Source: Acidobacteriota bacterium
GTDB lineage: Bacteria; Acidobacteriota; Thermoanaerobaculia; Multivoradales; JAGPDF01
Assembly (NCBI GenBank): GCA_045862895.1
Contig: BTUO01000005.1
Coordinates: 207,980-271,979 of the forward strand
DNA: 64,000 bases
Direction of reading: 5' to 3'
Within the stretch, counting starts at the first letter, position 1; each line of letters starts with the position of its first letter. Shown here piece by piece: positions 53,060 through 64,000 of this stretch. The notes beneath the pieces are model-generated. The model was not told where the DNA came from. It ran no database searches and was given only the letters and a program-made list of their open reading frames with translations. The translations under genes were made by a program, and so were the position numbers.

Positions 53060-53683
53060 ATGAAGAGACTGACCTTCGCAGCGACGGTGGCCGCCCTGCT
53101 CGCGGTCACCACCACGGGTTGCGCCACCAAGAAGTACGTCAAGGGAGAGGTGGCCACGGTCGACCAGCGCGTCGACGGCGTCCAGGGCCAGGTCGAGGAC
53201 GCCCAGACCAAGCTGCGCGACCACGACACGCGCATCACGCGCAACGAGGCGGCGACCGCCGAGGCCTCGCAGACCGCCCGTGAGGCGCTCGATCGCGCCG
53301 TCGCCGCCGGCAAGCTGGCGGAAGGCAAGCTGCTCTACGAGACCGTGCTGTCGGACGACAAGGTCAAGTTCGGCTTCGACCAGGCGACCCTCTCCGACGA
53401 AGCCAAGGCCGCGCTCGACGCCTTCGCGGCCCAGCTCAAGACCGAGAACAAGAACATCTACGTCGAAATCCAGGGCCACACCGACAACGTCGGCGGCGAG
53501 GCCTACAACCTCAAGCTCGGCGAGCAGCGCGCCACCGCGGTCAAGGACTACCTCGCCAAGCAGGGCATCCCGCTCTTCCGCATGGAGACCATCTCCTACG
53601 GCGAGACCGCGCCGGTCGCCGACAACGGCACCCGCGAGGGGCGCAACCAGAACCGACGCGTCGTGCTGGTCGTCCTGCAGTAG
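53060..53683 (+). CDS. OmpA-family peptidoglycan-associated lipoprotein with N-terminal coiled-coil
   Basis: Lipobox VTTTGCA; OmpA C-like domain (TDNVGGEAYNLKLGEQRA, NRRV); GGAGG 9 nt upstream. Confidence 0.8.
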   Translation: MKRLTFAATVAALLAVTTTGCATKKYVKGEVATVDQRVDGVQGQVEDAQTKLRDHDTRITRNEAATAEASQTAREALDRAVAAGKLAEGKLLYETVLSDDKVKFGFDQATLSDEAKAALDAFAAQLKTENKNIYVEIQGHTDNVGGEAYNLKLGEQRATAVKDYLAKQGIPLFRMETISYGETAPVADNGTREGRNQNRRVVLVVLQ

Positions 53684-53732
53684 CTGCCGCAGCACGAGGT
53701 GAGCGCGCCGCCGGCACGGCGAGCGCTCGTTC

Positions 53733-53772
53733 GGGGGCGGTCCGGCGCGAGCCGGGCCGCCCTTCGTCTTTC
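53733..53772 (+). terminator. Intrinsic terminator: 12-bp stem GGGCGGUCCGGC / GCCGGGCCGCCC with GCGA tetraloop then UUCGUCUUUCC
   Basis: Located 50 nt after ompA-like stop. Confidence 0.55.
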
Positions 53773-53781
53773 CGGTCGAAT

Positions 53782-54324
53782 CTAGTCCCGGCCGCCGGCG
53801 GCCTCGCCCGCCGGCCCTTCGAGCCGGAGCCGTCGGCCGCAGCGGCCGCAGGCGAAGCGCCGCGCGCCGCGGTGGCGGCGCCGGTATGTCTCCCCGCAAC
53901 CGCCGCAGCGCCAGATCCACGCGCGGCGCGCGACGCCCAGATCGGCGACGTCGAGCCGGTGACAGGCCTCCGCCCGGAAGCCGAGCGCCTCGATCGCCGC
54001 GCGCCAGCGCGGTCCGTGCCGCGCGCGCGGACCCACGATCAGGTGGGCGAGCTCGTGCGCGAGGGTGGGCACCAGCTCGGACGGATGGCGGTCGAGGAGG
54101 CGAGGATTGAGCTCGATCGCGCGGCCGGTGAAGTCGGCCCGACCCGCCGAGGTCCGCAGCCGATCGTTGAACACCACCTCGAGCCGCCGCACGCGCGCGC
54201 CGGCGCCGATCCGGCGCGCCATGGCGAGGGCCAGCCGCGCCAGGGCCGCCGGCCGGCGCTCGGAGGGCGCCCGGCGCCGGCGCGGCCGGCGCGACGCGGC
54301 GAGGGGCAGCTCGAGCTGGGTCAC
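53782..54324 (-). CDS. SprT-like zinc metalloprotease domain protein
   Basis: HELAHL zinc motif and C-terminal Cys4 (CGGCGETYRRRHRGARRFACGRCG); GTG at 54324, 18 nt after TlpA stop; longer ORF overlaps TlpA. Confidence 0.55.
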   Translation of the reverse strand: MTQLELPLAASRRPRRRRAPSERRPAALARLALAMARRIGAGARVRRLEVVFNDRLRTSAGRADFTGRAIELNPRLLDRHPSELVPTLAHELAHLIVGPRARHGPRWRAAIEALGFRAEACHRLDVADLGVARRAWIWRCGGCGETYRRRHRGARRFACGRCGRRLRLEGPAGEAAGGRD

Positions 54325-54341
54325 CGCCGTGCCAGGGTTCG

Positions 54342-54860
54342 TCAGGCGCCGGCCCGCACGATCGCCTTCTCGATCGTGCGCCGGTCGGAGATGCCAGTGG
54401 CGCGGAACACCACCCGCCCCTCGCGGTCGGTGACGATCAGCGTCGGCAAGCCCAGGATGCGCAGCCGCACGCTCATCGAATCTTCCGGATCGACCAGGAC
54501 CGGATACGGGTAGGGCTTCTCCGCCAGGAACTCGCGCACGATCTCCTCGGGCTCGCCGACCGAGATCGCGACGAACTCGACGCCGTCGCCACGATGGTCG
54601 GGGTACATCTCGTGGAGGATCTCGGCCTGGAGGTGACAGGGCCCGCACCAGGTCGCCCAGAAGTCGTAGACCACCACCTTGCCGGCGAGGTCGACGGAAC
54701 CGAGCTGGCCGCCGGCGATCGCCGCGAGCCGGAACTCCGGCAACGGCTCGCCGGCACCCTCCGAGGAGACTCTCGGGCCGCAGGCGCCGAGAGCGAGCGC
54801 GAGCGTGAGCAGGGCCGTGGCGCGACGCGCGACGGCGGCAAACGTGCGAGGAGACGTCAT
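54342..54860 (-). CDS. TlpA-like thiol-disulfide oxidoreductase lipoprotein (thioredoxin fold)
   Basis: WATWCGPC active site; lipobox LALGACG. Confidence 0.85.
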   Translation of the reverse strand: MTSPRTFAAVARRATALLTLALALGACGPRVSSEGAGEPLPEFRLAAIAGGQLGSVDLAGKVVVYDFWATWCGPCHLQAEILHEMYPDHRGDGVEFVAISVGEPEEIVREFLAEKPYPYPVLVDPEDSMSVRLRILGLPTLIVTDREGRVVFRATGISDRRTIEKAIVRAGA

Positions 54861-54883
54861 GCCGGCAATCTAGCGGACCGCCC

Positions 54884-54919
54884 AGAAAGAAAAAAGAGCC
54901 GAGGCCTCCCGGCCAGGCT
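54884..54919 (-). terminator. Intrinsic terminator (GAGCC-U-GGCC-GGGA-GGCC-UC-GGCUC hairpin then UUUUUUCUUUCU)
   Basis: Immediately downstream of the small AKKA ORF / nrdJ on minus strand. Confidence 0.6.
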
Positions 54920-54990
54920 CCGTACGGAATACGACTCGTTGCCCGCGGGCCGTGGCGAGACGGCCCGAACGGAAACTTGCGCTCTACCTG

Positions 54991-55083
54991 TTACTTCTTC
55001 TTGGCCTTCTTGGCAGCCTTCTTGGCCTTCTTGGCCGGCTTCTTGGCGGCCTTCTTGGCCTTCTTCGCCTTCTTGGTGGCCAT
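54991..55083 (-). CDS. 30-aa lysine/alanine-rich basic peptide MATKKAKKAKKAAKKPAKKAKKAAKKAKKK
   Basis: ATG with AGAGGAGG 8 nt upstream, TAA stop, followed by terminator; not in ORF track (under 60 aa). Confidence 0.45.
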   Translation of the reverse strand: MATKKAKKAKKAAKKPAKKAKKAAKKAKKK

Positions 55084-55135
55084 TTCGCGAGCCTCCTCTA
55101 TGGCGTCGGGCACAATTGCCCGGAGCGCTCCTTCG

Positions 55136-57916
<2,781 letters not shown>

Positions 57917-58262
57917 TCGTCCTCCCGTCCGTTCCAGGTCGCGGCCCCCGGCCGCCCGCTCTTTTCGATCGCTCCCGCCGACTTGCGGCGCAGGCGGGGC
58001 CCGTGCCTCTTGACGAGTGCCCAGAAACGTGTGCAGTTCTCTGGGAAAGGAAAGGTAAGCCACCCGGGACCCTCTGTCAAGGGTCCGACCCCAAGATGTT
58101 GTGGTTGTCACACGGTCCGACCCCAAGGAGTGGGCGGTTTCGACCTTCGTTGCCGCAGTGCGGCATCGAGCTCGCGAGTCGGCTGCGGCGCGGTTTCCGG
58201 CCCGACCGGGGGGTCCCGGTTGCCGCGCCGCGGCGCCGCCGGGCGGCACCGTCGTGGCAGGA

Positions 58263-59862
<1,600 letters not shown>

Positions 59863-59872
59863 GCCGCGCCGG

Positions 59873-61177
59873 TCAGTAGTCGAAATCCCAGCCGAGATCC
59901 CCGGGGATCTCGTAGTTGTGGACGAACTCGACGCAGCGCAGTCCGTCGTTGGCGGCGGCGATGAAGCCCGGGGCCAGCGTCTGGTCCTCGCTCGGCTCCT
60001 GCCCGTTGACGAACTCGAGCCAGGCCAGCAGCGGCAGCTCCGGTTCCTCGCCCCACAGCCCCGGACCGAGCGGGATCAGCGACGCGAAGGTCTCGTCGCG
60101 GTAGGTCGAACGCCGGTAGACGACCGCCGAGAAGTCGACGAACACCTCGTCGGCGGGCTCCGGCAGACCCGGCGGCGCCTCGATGATGGTGGTCCCGTCC
60201 TCGAGCCGGATCAACGCGGGAAGGACCACGAGAGGAGCCGGCGTGTAGTCGGTCGCGACCGGCAGGCGCAGGATCCGATGGAAGTAGGCGAGAACGTCGG
60301 GCGTGATCACCCCGTCCTTGTCGGCCGCCCCGCCGAGGGTCGAGGCCGCGAAGACGAAGTCGGTCGCGCTCGGCAGCTCGCGCTCGGCGCAGGCGGGGTT
60401 GAAGCCATTGGGCCAGATCGGATCGAAGCAGCCGATCAGCGGCGCCGACCGGCGGGTCTTGGCCAGCTTGCCGGGCGCATAGAGCCGGACCCGGTCGGCG
60501 GTGAAGCTCGGTCCGCCGCCCATCGGCAGCAGATTCTGGACCCGCGCGCTGAACTTCGGCCAATCGACGTCGCGCAGCGCCGGGTGGTACTGCGTCGGCA
60601 GCGTCGGATCGCCGTGAGCCCACGGGTTCTCCTCGAGCGGATCGGTCTGGATGTGCCCGAACTTGAGAATCCGCCAGTAGAGCGCCAGGTTCTCCTGCGG
60701 CGAGTCCACCACCTTCCAGGACGTGCACTCGACGACGATCGACCCGGGGGGCACGGAGCAACCGCTGCCTAGCTCGAGTCGCCCGGCCGGATCGAGGTCG
60801 ACGTACTCGGCGTCCTGGATCCTGCCGATGGTCTCGTTGAAGTGCATCCGGATGTTTCGCTCCTGCGTGCGCGCCTCGTTGAGCCGGCCGAGGTCGACTT
60901 CCATCACTTCCGCCGCGAACGCCGGATCGGGATCGCAGCTGAGCTCCACGAACGGGATCTCCCCCTTGATGCTGAGTGGAATCGGGCAGTAGCCCCAATC
61001 GAACGCGTCGCCCGGATACTCGATCCAGCGCTTCTGCAGGATCGGCCGGGCCGTGGCCTCGTCGCGCAGGATCCGGATCATGTCGCCGTAGTCGACTTCT
61101 CCTCCACCCTGCGCCGGCAGGTACGCCGGGAACGCGACGAGCACCGCCGCGATCAGCCGGAGTGTCGTTCTCCTCAT
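59873..61177 (-). CDS. Secreted hypothetical protein (434 aa, Cys-containing)
   Basis: Signal peptide MRRTTLRLIAAVLVAFPAYLPAQGGG; AAGGGGAGG RBS; the rest of the 877-aa tool ORF is antisense to the sigma-54 activator. Confidence 0.7.
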   Translation of the reverse strand: MRRTTLRLIAAVLVAFPAYLPAQGGGEVDYGDMIRILRDEATARPILQKRWIEYPGDAFDWGYCPIPLSIKGEIPFVELSCDPDPAFAAEVMEVDLGRLNEARTQERNIRMHFNETIGRIQDAEYVDLDPAGRLELGSGCSVPPGSIVVECTSWKVVDSPQENLALYWRILKFGHIQTDPLEENPWAHGDPTLPTQYHPALRDVDWPKFSARVQNLLPMGGGPSFTADRVRLYAPGKLAKTRRSAPLIGCFDPIWPNGFNPACAERELPSATDFVFAASTLGGAADKDGVITPDVLAYFHRILRLPVATDYTPAPLVVLPALIRLEDGTTIIEAPPGLPEPADEVFVDFSAVVYRRSTYRDETFASLIPLGPGLWGEEPELPLLAWLEFVNGQEPSEDQTLAPGFIAAANDGLRCVEFVHNYEIPGDLGWDFDY

Positions 61178-61242
61178 GACGCCTCCCCTTGGGCCGCGAC
61201 CGGCGGTCGCACCTGATTCGCCGCGGGCGGCTCCGACACGGA

Positions 61243-61262
61243 TCAGCGCAAGCGGCGTTCCA
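61243..61262 (-). promoter_or_regulatory. Sigma-54 promoter candidate TGGAACGccgcTTGCG upstream of secreted-protein gene
   Basis: 15/16 match to TGGCACG-N4-TTGC, about 95 nt upstream of ATG 61177. Confidence 0.4.
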
Positions 61263-61324
61263 CTCGCCCGGCTCGACGCGGACGGGCCTGGTGGCGCTCC
61301 CCACTCGCGCGAGGCCGCCAACTG

Positions 61325-61340
61325 TGGCACTCTGTGTGCG
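61325..61340 (+). promoter_or_regulatory. Sigma-54 promoter candidate TGGCACtctgtgTGCg upstream of the sigma-54 activator gene
   Basis: GG/GC at -24/-12 spacing, 36 nt upstream of ATG 61376. Confidence 0.35.
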
Positions 61341-61375
61341 ATCGGCTGCCCCCGCAGGCGGCCGGGGAGGTCGGC

Positions 61376-62704
<1,329 letters not shown>

Positions 62705-62760
62705 CGCCCGTCGACGGCGGGTCCCGTGCGCGCGCCCCCGCGGGATAGGCTCGCGAGCCG

Positions 62761-63753
62761 ATGATCGGACGGCGGCTCGGCCCCTACGAGATCACCGCCT
62801 CGCTCGGCCAGGGTGCGATGGGCGAGGTCTATCGCGCCTTCGACACCCGGCTCGAGCGCGAGGTGGCGATCAAGGTCCTCCCGGCGCGCGTCGCGGACGA
62901 CCCCGAGCGGCTGGCGCGCTTCGAGCGCGAGGCGAGGATCCTGGCCAGCCTCTCCCACCCCAACGTCGCGGCGGTCCACGGCCTGCTCGACCGCGACGGC
63001 GTGCGCGCGCTGGTGATGGAGCTGGTCGAGGGCGAGAGCCTCGAGGCGCGACTCGAAGGCGCGCTGCTGCCGCTCGGGGAAGCGGTGGCGATCGCGCTCC
63101 AGCTCGCCACGGCGCTCGAGGCCGCGCACGAGCAGGGGATCGTCCATCGCGACCTCAAGCCGGGCAACGTCCTGCTGACCGCGGACGGCATCGCCAAGGT
63201 CGTCGACTTCGGCATCGCCAAGTCGGTCGACGAGATCGGGCCGCCGGTGCCACCGGTGCCGCGCTCCGCGGGTGCGCCCGAGCCGTTCGCGGGCACCCGG
63301 CACGGCGACGTGGTCGGTACCGCCGGCTACATGCCTCCCGAGCAGGCCGCGGGGCTGCCGGTCGACAAACGCGCCGATCTGTGGGCCTTCGGCGTGGTGC
63401 TCTACGAGATGCTGTCGGGCCGGCGGCTGGCCGGCGGCGACGCCGCGCCCGAGTCGGTCGACTGGCTCTTCCACCGCGAGATCGACCTCGACGCGACCCC
63501 GGCGCCCATCCTCGACCGGCTCCTCCGCCTGGTCGGCCGGTGCCTCGAGCGCGACCCACGGCAGCGTCTGCGCGACGCCGGCGAGGCGCGCATCGAGCTC
63601 GAGCGCATCCGCGACTGGCTCGACGACCCGGCGAGCCTCGACGCCGTCGCGGTGCGCCGGCCGCACGCGGCGGGAGCCCTCGCCGCCGCGCTCGCTGCCG
63701 GAGTCGTGCTCGGCTGGCTCCTGCACGGCGCGCTCGCGCGGCCGCGCCGCTGA
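62761..63753 (+). CDS. Ser/Thr protein kinase with C-terminal membrane anchor
   Basis: GQGAMGEVY, AIK, HRDLKPGNVLL, DFGIAK, PPE motifs; C-terminal TM. Confidence 0.85.
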   Translation: MIGRRLGPYEITASLGQGAMGEVYRAFDTRLEREVAIKVLPARVADDPERLARFEREARILASLSHPNVAAVHGLLDRDGVRALVMELVEGESLEARLEGALLPLGEAVAIALQLATALEAAHEQGIVHRDLKPGNVLLTADGIAKVVDFGIAKSVDEIGPPVPPVPRSAGAPEPFAGTRHGDVVGTAGYMPPEQAAGLPVDKRADLWAFGVVLYEMLSGRRLAGGDAAPESVDWLFHREIDLDATPAPILDRLLRLVGRCLERDPRQRLRDAGEARIELERIRDWLDDPASLDAVAVRRPHAAGALAAALAAGVVLGWLLHGALARPRR

Positions 63754-63755
63754 CT

Positions 63756-64000
63756 CAATCGGCCGGATCCTCCGGCGCCGGCGCCGCGACCGGCTCCCCC
63801 GCGCCGTCCGTGGTCGCGGGCGTCGCCTCCGGCGCCGCCGCGGCGCGCACCGCGGCGATCTTCGCGCCGAGCTCCGCGGCGGCCGAGGCCGGCAGCAGCA
63901 GGACGACGGCGCGCCCGGAGACGCGTGCGGCGACCGTCTCCCCGGCGTCGCCGCCGCCGTGGAGCGTCAGCGTCTCCTCGCCCCCCTGCGCGTCGCCGAC
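63756..64000 (-). CDS. Hypothetical protein, C-terminal fragment (gene continues beyond window)
   Basis: Open frame on minus strand ending at TGA 63756..63758; Ala/Gly-rich tail; no homology recognised. Confidence 0.25.

Overview
This is a 64 kb, very high-GC (about 72%) bacterial chromosomal segment. Rare, well-preserved G/A-rich Shine-Dalgarno sites, TIGR03436-type VWA, DUF2723/PMT-like + TPR, haem-binding-domain and GWxTD-like proteins, three Hanks-type Ser/Thr kinases, an ECF sigma factor and a sigma-54 activator are together most consistent with Acidobacteriota-like or related soil bacteria (inference only). I support about 54 protein-coding genes. The six-frame track is dominated by long Arg/Ala/Gly/Pro-rich antisense and off-frame artefacts typical of this GC content, which I discarded. 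No rRNA, tRNA, CRISPR array, transposase or integrase was seen. Recognisable content includes: a complete bioB-bioF-bioD-(gap)-bioA biotin operon; FabH, FolE and QueD/PTPS; class II B12-dependent RNR (NrdJ) divergent from a methylmalonyl-CoA-mutase-family large subunit; a MacB-type ABC exporter with HlyD adaptor; RlmD; a TlpA thioredoxin; an OmpA-like lipoprotein; a two-component system; and many TPR, beta-propeller and lipoprotein genes. The most interesting things I found are: (1) an identical about 20-residue C-terminal motif, [LIV][LV]FxD[GC]FExG[DG][TA]xxW[SN]xxxP-stop, shared by four unrelated signal-peptide proteins (SpoIID-like, FG-GAP propeller, LVIVD propeller, 577-aa hypothetical), which looks like an undescribed C-terminal sorting or processing tag; (2) a SelW/Rdx-family selenoprotein gene, missed by the ORF track, with an in-frame TGA at the CxxU position and a bSECIS-like hairpin; (3) RlmD carrying an about 300-aa RGG / RPPRxGD-repeat N-terminal extension built from 21-nt tandem repeats and starting at a GTGA overlap with the upstream gene; (4) a 30-aa AKKA-repeat basic mini-ORF with a strong RBS and intrinsic terminator after nrdJ; (5) a low-GC island with GTCTT repeats and a start-overlapping uORF in front of bioA, plus paired 80-bp direct repeats inside the bio operon gap; (6) several sigma-54 (-24/-12) promoter candidates, including a divergent pair linking the sigma-54 activator to an adjacent secreted protein.
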